Shown in pieces: positions 19,029 through 28,247 of a DNA stretch of 37,949 nt. Numbering within the stretch: position 1 is the stretch's first letter; every line of letters starts with the position of its first letter. The position numbers were made by a program, and so were the translations under genes. The notes beneath the pieces were generated by a model. The model did no database searches. It was not told the DNA's origin and saw nothing but the letters and a program-made list of their open reading frames with translations. Source of the DNA: Nitrospinales bacterium (GTDB lineage Bacteria > Nitrospinota > Nitrospinia > Nitrospinales > JAJDAT01); NCBI GenBank assembly GCA_046757665.1, contig JBHHYO010000016.1, forward strand, positions 1 through 37,949, read 5' to 3'.

Positions 19029-20003
19029 TCAGGGGTTCATCAGGTCGACCGTCAGGCCTTCGTGGGCAAAGAACATTTTCATCGTGCTCCTGGAATTGAT
19101 GCTTTTTAAATAGTTGCGCGACTGCTGAAGGATATCAATCAATTTGAAATCGCTGTAGGTGGGCTCGTGATGGTAAAACGCGATTTGTTTCACATGGGCC
19201 GCCAGCGCAATGTCGATGCCGACCACGGTGGAACTGTGTCCCCAGTCTTTCTTTTGCTCGGTCTCTTCCGCAAAGGTGTACTGCGAGTCGAATACCAGGA
19301 GATCGACATCCCGGAAAAACCGGATCGTCGGTTTCAAGGCGTCGGGGGTGTTTCTTCTATACTCCGCGTCTGTTGCGTAGATGAAGGACTTGCCCCGGTA
19401 GTCGACGCGAAACGCAAACGATTTTCCGGGATGATAATTGGTTTTCCAGGAGATGTCCGCATCGCCGATTTTGAGTTTCTTGCGTTCGTTCAATTGGACG
19501 AAGTCGATGTCGGCCCGGAACGTCTTGAACGAAACCGGAAAGTACTTGGGGTTTTGCTGTTGCACCAGGCGTTCCTTGATGTCTTGGTGGACGGCGTAAA
19601 ACGTGAATTGATTGCCCGCGACGTAAAACGGTTCGAAGAAGGGGATTCCCATGATATGGTCCAAATGGGTATGGCTGAGGAAGATATGGGCTTTCCCCTT
19701 GCCTTCGGCAAATTTACTTTTCATCCAGTCGCGGCCCAATTCCCGGAGACCGGAGCCGGCGTCGAAGATCAGGCGTTCATCGCCCACCTCGGCCAGTACG
19801 CATGAAGAGTTTCCGCCGAAACAGCCTTTGATATGAATGGGCAGACTGTCGACGAATTTTTTGATGCTGGCCTTGCGGGCCAAATCCTCGGGTTTCGCCA
19901 ACTGCAAGGCCTTAATGAGTTTTTCTTCGACAAGACTGGAAGTGAGGGGCGCGGGGATCGAGCCTCGCACCCCTTTGAACGTGATTTGGAATTTGTGAGT
20001 CAT
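19029..20003 (-). CDS. MBL-fold metallo-hydrolase (phosphodiesterase-like)
   Basis: GVRGSIP, GGNSSCV, FDAGSG, HTHLDH (HxHxDH), WGHS and HHEP. Confidence 0.9.
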   Translation of the reverse strand: MTHKFQITFKGVRGSIPAPLTSSLVEEKLIKALQLAKPEDLARKASIKKFVDSLPIHIKGCFGGNSSCVLAEVGDERLIFDAGSGLRELGRDWMKSKFAEGKGKAHIFLSHTHLDHIMGIPFFEPFYVAGNQFTFYAVHQDIKERLVQQQNPKYFPVSFKTFRADIDFVQLNERKKLKIGDADISWKTNYHPGKSFAFRVDYRGKSFIYATDAEYRRNTPDALKPTIRFFRDVDLLVFDSQYTFAEETEQKKDWGHSSTVVGIDIALAAHVKQIAFYHHEPTYSDFKLIDILQQSRNYLKSINSRSTMKMFFAHEGLTVDLMNP

Positions 20004-20085
20004 GAGATATCTACGGTTAGTTCCAGTTACACGGATAGTGGACGGATTGTTGTTATAACGTAGCCTGTCGATAGGGTTTTTTCTA

Positions 20086-20114
20086 TTGACCTGGGTACGG
20101 TCTCAACTTACAAT
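20086..20114 (+). promoter_or_regulatory. Sigma70-type promoter upstream of rlpA
   Basis: TTGACC (20086-20091), 17 bp, TACAAT (20109-20114) in an AT-rich divergent intergenic region. Confidence 0.6.
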
Positions 20115-20254
20115 AAAGTTCGTGCGTGGAAAATGAAACCACATATATTAGAGTAGGTTAGGTTAAAAGTCACGAGTTTTTTTCCCCGTCGCGAATTTTC
20201 GTGTAAAGAGGTCCCTTTTCCCCTGGAAATCGTCAATTCCTGAATCGATTGCCG

Positions 20255-21082
20255 ATGTTTGCTTTTGTTATCCCGGTCGGGCGCCGCAAGGTTTTTGCGG
20301 AGGCTGGTTGCGGTTTTCTGCTCGCCTGCTTTTTGGGTTGCGCTACCCATCCGTCTCTTCCTCTTAAGCCGAAGACCGTCGGGACCATGGGGCAACAGGA
20401 GATTGCAACTCCCTCTTCCGGCCTTGAGCCGGAGACCGCCCGAGTCATGGAACAACAGGAAGCGGCGATTCCCTACCGGGTGCTTGGCGCAACCTATTAT
20501 CCCTTGAAAAGCGCCGGGCGCTTTTCTCAGGAGGGCATTGCGTCATGGTACGGCCCGAAATTTCACGGCCAATTGACCTCCAACAAGGAAACTTATGACA
20601 TGAACGCCATGACCGCGGCTCACAAGACCCTGCCGTTCAACACCCGGGTGAAAGTCGTCAACCTTGAGAACGGGTTGGAAGCGGTGGTCAGAATTAACGA
20701 CCGGGGCCCTTTTGTGGGCGACCGTATCATTGATTTGAGCCGCAAGGCCGCCGAGCAGTTGGGCGTCATTGAAAAAGGCACGGCGCGGGTGCGGTTGACC
20801 GCCCTGGCGGAGCCCCGTGACGGCTCTCATTCCGCGGCGGCCCAGGCGATTGAGAGCTTCTCCGTGCAGGTGGGCGTTTTTAAGGACCGCGGCAACGCCG
20901 GGCGATTGGAACGGCAGGTGCCCAACAGCCGCACTGAGTCCCAGGTCAAGGGAGGAGAAACCTATTTTCGGGTATTGGTGGGGCGTTACGCCGATTTTGA
21001 GGAAGCTTCCAGGCAAATGGATGCGTTGCGCTCCCTGGGGTATGCCGGGGCGTTTATCGTCGCCGCCAACAAGAAGCCCTGA
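20255..21082 (+). CDS. rlpA: Septal ring lytic transglycosylase RlpA with SPOR domain
   Basis: Lipobox-like FLGC, GIASWYG, TAAHKTLP, VRINDRGPF, RIIDLS and a C-terminal SPOR (VQVGVF). Start codon uncertain. Confidence 0.9.
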   Translation: MFAFVIPVGRRKVFAEAGCGFLLACFLGCATHPSLPLKPKTVGTMGQQEIATPSSGLEPETARVMEQQEAAIPYRVLGATYYPLKSAGRFSQEGIASWYGPKFHGQLTSNKETYDMNAMTAAHKTLPFNTRVKVVNLENGLEAVVRINDRGPFVGDRIIDLSRKAAEQLGVIEKGTARVRLTALAEPRDGSHSAAAQAIESFSVQVGVFKDRGNAGRLERQVPNSRTESQVKGGETYFRVLVGRYADFEEASRQMDALRSLGYAGAFIVAANKKP

Positions 21083-21177
21083 AGCCCGCCTTGAGATCAT
21101 GTAGATTTTTTTGGCCTTTTTCACATAAAATCCCTACACTGCGGACCGGATTTTTACTTTAGGAGGAAAGCTTGCCC

Positions 21178-21663
21178 ATGCGGTTGCCCATCTTGGAAAA
21201 ACTGGAAAAAGAACTTAAGGAATCCGAAAGAGAACTTAAGGTCGATATTCCCCAGGCGTTAAAAGTCGCCACGGCCATGGGGGATTTAAGCGAAAACGCC
21301 GACTACAAGGCCGCCAAGGAGCGGCAGATGTTTTTGGAGTCCAGGATATCTCTTTTGCAAAAGCGGGTGGCAGACATCACCTCCCTCAATATTGAGCGGA
21401 TACCCAGGGATCGGTCCGCTTTGGGAAGTACGCTGGTTCTGAAAGAAGTAGAATCGGGAAAATCCAAGGTTTACAAACTGGTTTTCCCCGAGGAGGTTGA
21501 TCCCGAAAACGGCAAAATCTCGCCGGGCTCCCCGGTCGGCAAGAGCTTGTTGGGAAAACGCCCGGGGGACCAGGTGACGATTTCCATGCCGGACAATACC
21601 CGGGTTTATGAAGTGGAGCAGTTGACCACGATCCATGAGGAGTCGGGCCAGGGCTCCGCTTGA
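21178..21663 (+). CDS. greA: Transcription elongation factor GreA
   Basis: GDLSENADY with both catalytic acidic residues and ISPGSPVGKSLLG. AGGAGG RBS; TTG at 21172 is an alternative start. Confidence 0.92.
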   Translation: MRLPILEKLEKELKESERELKVDIPQALKVATAMGDLSENADYKAAKERQMFLESRISLLQKRVADITSLNIERIPRDRSALGSTLVLKEVESGKSKVYKLVFPEEVDPENGKISPGSPVGKSLLGKRPGDQVTISMPDNTRVYEVEQLTTIHEESGQGSA

Positions 21664-21670
21664 ATTCCTC

Positions 21671-22303
21671 ATGTCCGCCAAACGTTTAATCCCCTTCGAG
21701 GAAATCGCGGAGAATCATCCGTATTTTCTTGATTTGGAATCCTGCCCCGACTGGCGCGGCGTTTTTGGAAATTCTCATCCGCTCAAACTGGATATCGGTT
21801 TTGGGACGGGCGGGTTCCTGATGGAGATGGCCATCCGGGAACCGGAAGCCAACTTCGTCGGCATCGACATGTACCACAAGGGCATCCGGAAAATCATTTC
21901 CCGCGTCGACAAGCTTTGCATAGAAAATATCCGCATCGTCTATGGGGACGCCAGGGAAAAAATCGCCGCGATATTTAACGATGAGGAAATCTGCGAGATT
22001 TATATCAATTTTCCCGACCCCTGGCCCAAAAAACGGCACGCGAAAAGACGTTTGATCAAACCGTCCTTTGTCGAAACACTGGCGGCCAAACTGATGCCTC
22101 GGGGAGAGTTGCACCTGGCCACCGATTACGAACCCTACGCCAGGGAAATGTTGGCTTGCTTTGAAGCCGAACACCGCCTGAAAAACAAATCCGGCCAGCC
22201 GGGCTTTTTGCCTTTGCGCGACGGCATCCCCAAATCGAAATACGAAAAAAATTATCTTCGCGCGGGGAAAACGATCTTTTATTTGGATTTCTTCAGGGAA
22301 TAA
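21671..22303 (+). CDS. trmB: tRNA (guanine-N7)-methyltransferase
   Basis: LDIGFGTG, FPDPWPKKRH, ATD and SKYE motifs. Confidence 0.93.
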   Translation: MSAKRLIPFEEIAENHPYFLDLESCPDWRGVFGNSHPLKLDIGFGTGGFLMEMAIREPEANFVGIDMYHKGIRKIISRVDKLCIENIRIVYGDAREKIAAIFNDEEICEIYINFPDPWPKKRHAKRRLIKPSFVETLAAKLMPRGELHLATDYEPYAREMLACFEAEHRLKNKSGQPGFLPLRDGIPKSKYEKNYLRAGKTIFYLDFFRE

Positions 22304-22378
22304 GTTATATCTCTTGGTATCCCATTATCCGCCCGGCGGCCTTGCCGGACAACGATTCACCCTCAAGTGGAGGACGTT

Positions 22379-24412
22379 TTGCAAAAAGAACGCATACTGA
22401 TCGTCGACGATGAAAAAAACATCGTCAGCTCCCTGGAAGGGATTCTGTCCGACGAAGGCTATGACGTGACCTCCGCGGAGGACGGACTGGATGCCCTGGA
22501 AATCGTTCAATCCGATCCGCCCAACCTGGTTCTTCTGGATATCTGGATTCCGGGTATGGACGGCATAGAGGTTTTGCGGACCATCAAGGCGTACAACCCT
22601 GAAACCGATGTTCTGATCATGTCGGGTCATGCCTCCATTGATACGGCGGTCAAGGCCACCAAGCTGGGCGCGTCCGATTTTATTGAAAAGCCGTTTTCTC
22701 TGGATGAGCTGGTCAAATCGGTCAAAAACGTTTTCCGGGAACAAAAGAACCAGGTGCCGCCGGATGAAAAGGGATTCCTGCAAAAAATCGACCTTCTCCT
22801 TTCTTTTCACAAGATGATGGCCGTCAAAAAGAAGATGAAACAAGCGGAGAGCCATACCGAGCCTGTTTTGTTGCTGGGGGAAAAGGGGACCGGCAAGTTG
22901 CTGGTTGCCCGGGAGATTCACCGCCAGAGCGGAATCGCCGGCCGTCCTTTCATAAAGCTCAATTGCTCCGTGGCCCGCATTGCGGAAATTCAAACCCGGC
23001 TGTTCGGCGCGGTAAAAAAGAACTTCTCCGCCGGCAAACCCGCCGGCCGGCCCGCCGGAGCCGGAGAAAAAACGCTTTACCTGGGCAACATCGAATCCTT
23101 GAGCAAAACCATGCAGGAGAAACTGGCCGCGGAACTCGACCAGCATAAAAGACAAAAGGGCTCGTCAAAGCTCCTGCCGGCGCGGTTGTTTGTTTCCTCT
23201 TCAAAGGATTTGAAAGCGCGGGTCAAAAAAGGTTCCTTCAATGGCGATCTGCTGAACCTGTTGTCGGACAACATCATTACAATCCCGCCACTGCGGGAAA
23301 ACGCCGGAGACATTCCCGCGCTGATTCGAAATTATATTCAAGAATCCGCCAAACTCGGCAGAGCAGTAGGTGGGATCGACGAAGAAGCGATGGATGCGCT
23401 GTGTAATTATCATTGGCCCGAGAACATGAGGGAGTTGCGCCTGGTGCTGGAGCAGATTCTGGTCAAGGGTTCGGCGCGCGACCGGATCAGCCTGAAGGAT
23501 TTGCCGCCGGCCATTCGTCGCAAAACCACCGCCAGGAATGCGAAAACCGCCGGCCTGAACGCCAAAAAGGGCAAAACCCGGCGCCTCATGCAACGCACCC
23601 TGAAACGAAGCGTCGTGCTTTGCGGAAGCGGCCTGCATTCCGGAATCAAGACCGGCCTCATTCTTCAGCCCCTGCCGCCGGGCTCCGGGATTATCTTCGG
23701 GGATATTTCAAGCGGCGACACCGTTCCCGCCCGACTGGAAAACGTGCAATCCACCGACTATTCCACCTGTTTGAAAAAAGGGTTTACCTCCGTGGCCACC
23801 ATCGAGCATATCATGGCCGTCCTGCACATGTACCGCATCACCAATCTGCTGATCAAGATTGGCGACGAGGCCCCGGTTATGGACGGGTCGGCAAAGGATT
23901 TTTGCCGCCTCATGGAAGACGGCGACTTCGAGGAACAGGACGAGCCGTATCGGGAAATCGTCATTGACAAACACTACTCGTTCAGTTCCGGGGAAACCGG
24001 CGGCCCTTGCATTAGCATTGAACCTGCCGAAAAATTTACGGTCAGCTACCACATGGCCTATCCCGAACCCATAGGCGTTCAGGACTACACCTACGAGTTT
24101 ACCGATAAGGAAAGCTTCAAAACGCAAATCGCGCCCGCCCGCACCTTCGGGTTTCTCAAAGACGTCGCTCAGTTGACCAAAATGGGCTTTGCCTGCGGCG
24201 GCAAACTCGACAACTTTATCCTGCTGGGCGACAAAAAAGTCCTGAACACCGAGTTGCGCTATCCGGACGAATTCGTCCGCCACAAAATCCTCGACATTAT
24301 CGGCGACTTCTATCTGCTGGGCCGGCCCATCCGGGGGCTTATCAAGGCCCACAAGTCCGGCCACACGGAAAACGTCGGGTTACTCAAGCAAATCCAGGCC
24401 AGCTTGGCCTGA
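22379..24412 (+). CDS. lpxC: Fusion of an NtrX-like receiver, a degenerate sigma54-type AAA+ domain and LpxC (UDP-3-O-acyl-GlcNAc deacetylase)
   Basis: Receiver motifs ILIVDDE, LLDIW and EKPF; Walker A GEKGTGK. LpxC from ~23588: QRTLK, GLHSG, TIEHIMA, PVMDGSA, ARTFGF, RHKILD, KSGH. GGAGG RBS 5 nt before the TTG at 22379. Confidence 0.9.
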   Translation: MQKERILIVDDEKNIVSSLEGILSDEGYDVTSAEDGLDALEIVQSDPPNLVLLDIWIPGMDGIEVLRTIKAYNPETDVLIMSGHASIDTAVKATKLGASDFIEKPFSLDELVKSVKNVFREQKNQVPPDEKGFLQKIDLLLSFHKMMAVKKKMKQAESHTEPVLLLGEKGTGKLLVAREIHRQSGIAGRPFIKLNCSVARIAEIQTRLFGAVKKNFSAGKPAGRPAGAGEKTLYLGNIESLSKTMQEKLAAELDQHKRQKGSSKLLPARLFVSSSKDLKARVKKGSFNGDLLNLLSDNIITIPPLRENAGDIPALIRNYIQESAKLGRAVGGIDEEAMDALCNYHWPENMRELRLVLEQILVKGSARDRISLKDLPPAIRRKTTARNAKTAGLNAKKGKTRRLMQRTLKRSVVLCGSGLHSGIKTGLILQPLPPGSGIIFGDISSGDTVPARLENVQSTDYSTCLKKGFTSVATIEHIMAVLHMYRITNLLIKIGDEAPVMDGSAKDFCRLMEDGDFEEQDEPYREIVIDKHYSFSSGETGGPCISIEPAEKFTVSYHMAYPEPIGVQDYTYEFTDKESFKTQIAPARTFGFLKDVAQLTKMGFACGGKLDNFILLGDKKVLNTELRYPDEFVRHKILDIIGDFYLLGRPIRGLIKAHKSGHTENVGLLKQIQASLA

Positions 24413-24457
24413 TCGCACTTTCCCTTCTTGCGGAATGAGGAGGATGGCCTGCGCGGC

Positions 24458-26227
24458 CTATCGGCGTTTGAGGACAAACAGGTTGCCCGCAACCCATTGT
24501 CCCCGGTCCTTGCGGAGGTCCGCCGACCGGTGCGATTCCACCGAGAACCCGTGCTCGACAGCAAGCGTTTGCACGTAAGCCCGGGAGTGCGCGTATCGTC
24601 CGGTAGGACGCAGAACGTAGTCGGCGGGTTCCGAGGATTTCTTTTTGGCCAGCCAGCCCCGTGCTCGTTTGAGCCTGCCCGGATTTTCTTCGTCCGGTTT
24701 TTCGACGGAAAAAACGAAGGGGGCGCCCGGTGCGGCGCAATGGGCGACGGCCTGGAAAATCGGCCGCAAGTTGCCCAGGTACACAAAAACATCCGTGGAG
24801 ATGATCAGGTCGTATGTTTCCCCGGCGGTGTTGAGGATTTCGATGATGTCCCCGACGCGCAGGTCGTCGTAGATATTTTTTCCCCGAGCCCGTTCGATCA
24901 TTTTGGAGGAAATGTCGATACCGCTCAGGCGGTCGGCGATATCGCGAAACGCCGTTCCGCCCAGTCCCGTGCCGCAACCCAGGTCAACGGCGTTTTTAAA
25001 CCTCGCGTTTCCGCGCAGGCGGTCCAGTTCGCGCCGCAGTAAGGCGGGCGTTTGGTACTCCAGGTTGTCGATCAGGTGGTGGTCGAACTTGGTTGAAAAT
25101 TCGTCGAACAGGTCCTTGACGTATTCCGTCGAGGCGGTTTCCGGCGTTTGCCCCGTCAGGGCCGCCAGCATGTGGCGGGTGGAGGCGTTTTCGGGGTCGA
25201 GTTCCAGGGCGCGTTCGTAAGCGGCCCGGGCGTCCTCGTAGTGGTCCTGGTCCGCCAGCGCCCCGCCGAGGTTGGCGTAGGCGTTGGCGTAGTCGGGTTT
25301 CAACTCGATAGCGCGCCGGTAGCAGACGATGGCTTCGTCCCGCCGGTCGCATTCTTTCAGAGCATTGCCCAGGTTGTTGTGCGCCTCGGCGAAATCCGGG
25401 TCGAGGGCAATGGCGCGCCGCAGGCAGGAGGCCGCGGCTTCCGCCCGGCCCAGAAACCGCAACATGTTTCCCAGGTTATTGTGCGCTTCGGCGGAATTCG
25501 GATTGATGTTGAGAGCCTGTTGAAACGCCCCGGCCGCTTCGTCCGGCCGCCCCAGGTCCTTGCAGACGTTGCCCAGGTTGTTGTACGCCGCGGCGAATTC
25601 AGGATTGATGGCGATGGCCCGGCGGTAGGCGGTCTCGGCCTCTTCGGGTTTACCCTGGTCTGCCAGCGCCCGTCCCAGCTCGTATTGCGTTGTCGCGTCG
25701 CCGGAATTCAGGGCGGCGGCCTGCCGGTACGACGCCAGCGCTTCGTCGTTTTTACCTTGGCGGCCGAGCGATTTGCCGAGATTGATATGGGCTTCGACAA
25801 GATGCGGATTGAAGGCGGTGGCCTGCCGGCAAGCCGCCTCCGCTTCCGCAAACCGGCCCAGATCGCTGAGCACGACGCCAAGATGGTTATAGGCATCGTC
25901 GAAATGCGGGTCGATGGCGACCGCCTCCCGAAAACACGCCGCGGCTTGTTCCAGCCGGCCCAGGCGTTGATACGCAAGGCCAAGGCTGTTACGCACCTCG
26001 GCAAGGCGGGGCGCGCGAGCCACCGCCTTGATCAACAGATCCACCGCCGCCTCGTGGTTGCCCAACTGTGTTGACAGCACGCCCAGAAGATGCAACGTCT
26101 CCGCATTCTCCGGCTCCGCCGCCAGGATTTCGCGGTAAAGGGATTCAGCTTGTTTTAAGCGCCCTTCCTTATGATGTTGCAGGGCCAGGTAAAAATTTTC
26201 CTGGAAGTTGGCGGATGAGTTGCTCAT
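24458..26227 (-). CDS. TPR (10 repeats) + class I SAM-dependent methyltransferase, paralog 1
   Basis: 34-aa TPR repeats, YVKDLFD, DLGCGTG, DVFVYLGNL and GRYAHS. Start chosen by alignment with the paralog N-termini. Confidence 0.88.
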   Translation of the reverse strand: MSNSSANFQENFYLALQHHKEGRLKQAESLYREILAAEPENAETLHLLGVLSTQLGNHEAAVDLLIKAVARAPRLAEVRNSLGLAYQRLGRLEQAAACFREAVAIDPHFDDAYNHLGVVLSDLGRFAEAEAACRQATAFNPHLVEAHINLGKSLGRQGKNDEALASYRQAAALNSGDATTQYELGRALADQGKPEEAETAYRRAIAINPEFAAAYNNLGNVCKDLGRPDEAAGAFQQALNINPNSAEAHNNLGNMLRFLGRAEAAASCLRRAIALDPDFAEAHNNLGNALKECDRRDEAIVCYRRAIELKPDYANAYANLGGALADQDHYEDARAAYERALELDPENASTRHMLAALTGQTPETASTEYVKDLFDEFSTKFDHHLIDNLEYQTPALLRRELDRLRGNARFKNAVDLGCGTGLGGTAFRDIADRLSGIDISSKMIERARGKNIYDDLRVGDIIEILNTAGETYDLIISTDVFVYLGNLRPIFQAVAHCAAPGAPFVFSVEKPDEENPGRLKRARGWLAKKKSSEPADYVLRPTGRYAHSRAYVQTLAVEHGFSVESHRSADLRKDRGQWVAGNLFVLKRR

Positions 26228-26266
26228 GGGAGGCATTGGCGACACGGTTGACTATTGTTTCGCCGC

Positions 26267-26295
26267 ATGTTATCACGATAAACACCAAGAGACAA
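26267..26295 (-). promoter_or_regulatory. Candidate promoter for paralog 1
   Basis: TTGTCT, 17 bp, TAACAT with an extended TGn motif. Confidence 0.45.
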
Positions 26296-26368
26296 AAAAT
26301 TGCGGAACCCCCCGGCGACCCGGGAGCGCGGGCTTTCCGGCCTGCGCGCGGAAACAAAATGGTATTTC

Positions 26369-28231
26369 ATGGATAGAGCGGAGCGGCGGCGCCGGGAAAA
26401 ATTGCAGAAAAAATTCGGCGACACGCCACCGGTTTTTGATGCCCGGAGCTCGCTTCAGCAAGCCGCCTCCCATCACCGGGCAGGGCGCTTGCGGGAGGCG
26501 GAACAATTGTACCAGCAGGTGCTGGCCGCCGAACCGGAAAACGCCGAGGCCTTGCACTCGCTGGGAATCCTCGCCCGGCAAATCGGGATGCCCGATGTCG
26601 CCCTGGAACTGATCAAAAAAGCCCTCGCCGCAAACCCCGGCGAAATCCTTTATACCGGCAACCTGGGAAACGTGTACAAGGACCTGGGACGGCTGGAGGA
26701 GGCGGAAACCTGTTACCGCCAGGTCTTGCAGGCCATGCCCTATTCGGACGTGGCGCACGGCAACCTGGGCATTGTCTTGCAGGAGCGGGACAAGCTCGAC
26801 GAGGCCGTTGCCTGTTACCGCCGCGCCCTGGAACTCAATCCCGGTTACGCGGAAGCGCATTGTTGCCTCGGTGGCGTGTGGCGGACGCGAAACCGGCTCC
26901 GCGAGGCGGAGGACGCTTTTCGCCAGGCTCTGAAAATCAATCCAAATTATGTGGACGCGCTGTGCAACCTCGGCGTTGTGCTCCAGGAACAGGGGAAATC
27001 GGAGGAGGCAGAGGCTTCTTTCCGTCACGCACTGCAAATCGCTCCCGAATCGCCGGTGGCCTGGTTCAACCTGGGCGCCGCTCTGCAAGCCGCGGGCAAC
27101 CTGGACGAGGCCATTGACTGTTACCGCCGCGCCCGGGAACTCAATCCCGCTCATCCGGAATCCCACAACAACCTGGGCGTCGCCTTGCAGGCCGGGGGAC
27201 GAGTGGACGAGGCCATTGAGTGTTACCGCCGCGCCCTGGAAGCCGACCCGGATTATGTCGAGTCGCGCTTCAACCTCGGCCTCGCTTTCAAGGAAACCGG
27301 GCGGTCGGACGAGGCGGTTTCCGTCTGGCGCCGTGTTTTGCAAATCGACCGGGGCCATGCCGGAGCGTGTCGGCATCTTTGCGAGGAGCTGTTTTCGGCC
27401 GGACGCCTGGACGAGGCGGAAACCGTAGCGCGCGAAGCCGCGGACCTTGACCCCAAGGCCGCATACCCTTGGTCCCTGTTAGGCCGCATCAGTATCAAAC
27501 GCAACGACCCCGGCGGTGCGGAGTCCCATTTTCGCCATTGCCTGAGCCTGGACGCCGCCGACCCCTTCGCCGTGCGCCTGGAACTCGCCGCTCTGGGGGC
27601 GGACATTGTGCCCGACCGGGCCTCGGACGCCTATATCCTCCGCCATTATGCCGAACAGGCGGTGAACTGGGACAAAACCGTCGCCACCGAAACCTATCAC
27701 GGACACAACCTGGTCCTCACTGCGCTTGAGCCGGAACTGCGAAAAACTTCGCGTCCCGCCGTGCTCGACGCCGGTTGTGGAACCGGGGTTTTGGGGCCGC
27801 GTCTCCGCCCATCCGCAAGCCGCCTGGACGGCGTTGACCTGTCGCCGCAAATGATCGCCGCCGCCCGACGCAAAAACGTGTATGACCGCCTGGAGGTGGA
27901 GGACGTGGTGACTTTCATGCAGTCGAACGCCGACGTTTACGATATTGTCATGGCCGCCGCCGTGTTGATTCACTTTGGCGACCTCGGCCCGGCGTTCGCG
28001 GCGGCGAAAACCGCCTTGCGGAAAAACGGACTGTTTGTGTTCACGCTGTTTAAAAGCAGTGGGGCCGACGTTGCCGCGTCGGATTTCCGGTGCCATTTGC
28101 ATAGCCGGGCCTACGTGGCCGCCCAGGCGGAAAAATCCGGGTTTCGGGTCGAAGCGATTCGGGAGGCGGCGCATGAATACCGCGACAGCCGGCCCATAGA
28201 GGGATTGGTCGTCTCCCTGCGGAAAGAATAA
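26369..28231 (+). CDS. TPR (~11 repeats) + SAM methyltransferase, paralog 2 (inverted, divergent)
   Basis: TPR repeats, LDAGCGTG, GVDLSPQM and HLHSRAY. Leader MDRAERRRREK. Confidence 0.88.
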   Translation: MDRAERRRREKLQKKFGDTPPVFDARSSLQQAASHHRAGRLREAEQLYQQVLAAEPENAEALHSLGILARQIGMPDVALELIKKALAANPGEILYTGNLGNVYKDLGRLEEAETCYRQVLQAMPYSDVAHGNLGIVLQERDKLDEAVACYRRALELNPGYAEAHCCLGGVWRTRNRLREAEDAFRQALKINPNYVDALCNLGVVLQEQGKSEEAEASFRHALQIAPESPVAWFNLGAALQAAGNLDEAIDCYRRARELNPAHPESHNNLGVALQAGGRVDEAIECYRRALEADPDYVESRFNLGLAFKETGRSDEAVSVWRRVLQIDRGHAGACRHLCEELFSAGRLDEAETVAREAADLDPKAAYPWSLLGRISIKRNDPGGAESHFRHCLSLDAADPFAVRLELAALGADIVPDRASDAYILRHYAEQAVNWDKTVATETYHGHNLVLTALEPELRKTSRPAVLDAGCGTGVLGPRLRPSASRLDGVDLSPQMIAAARRKNVYDRLEVEDVVTFMQSNADVYDIVMAAAVLIHFGDLGPAFAAAKTALRKNGLFVFTLFKSSGADVAASDFRCHLHSRAYVAAQAEKSGFRVEAIREAAHEYRDSRPIEGLVVSLRKE

Positions 28232-28247
28232 AACAGCCGTCTGCTTC

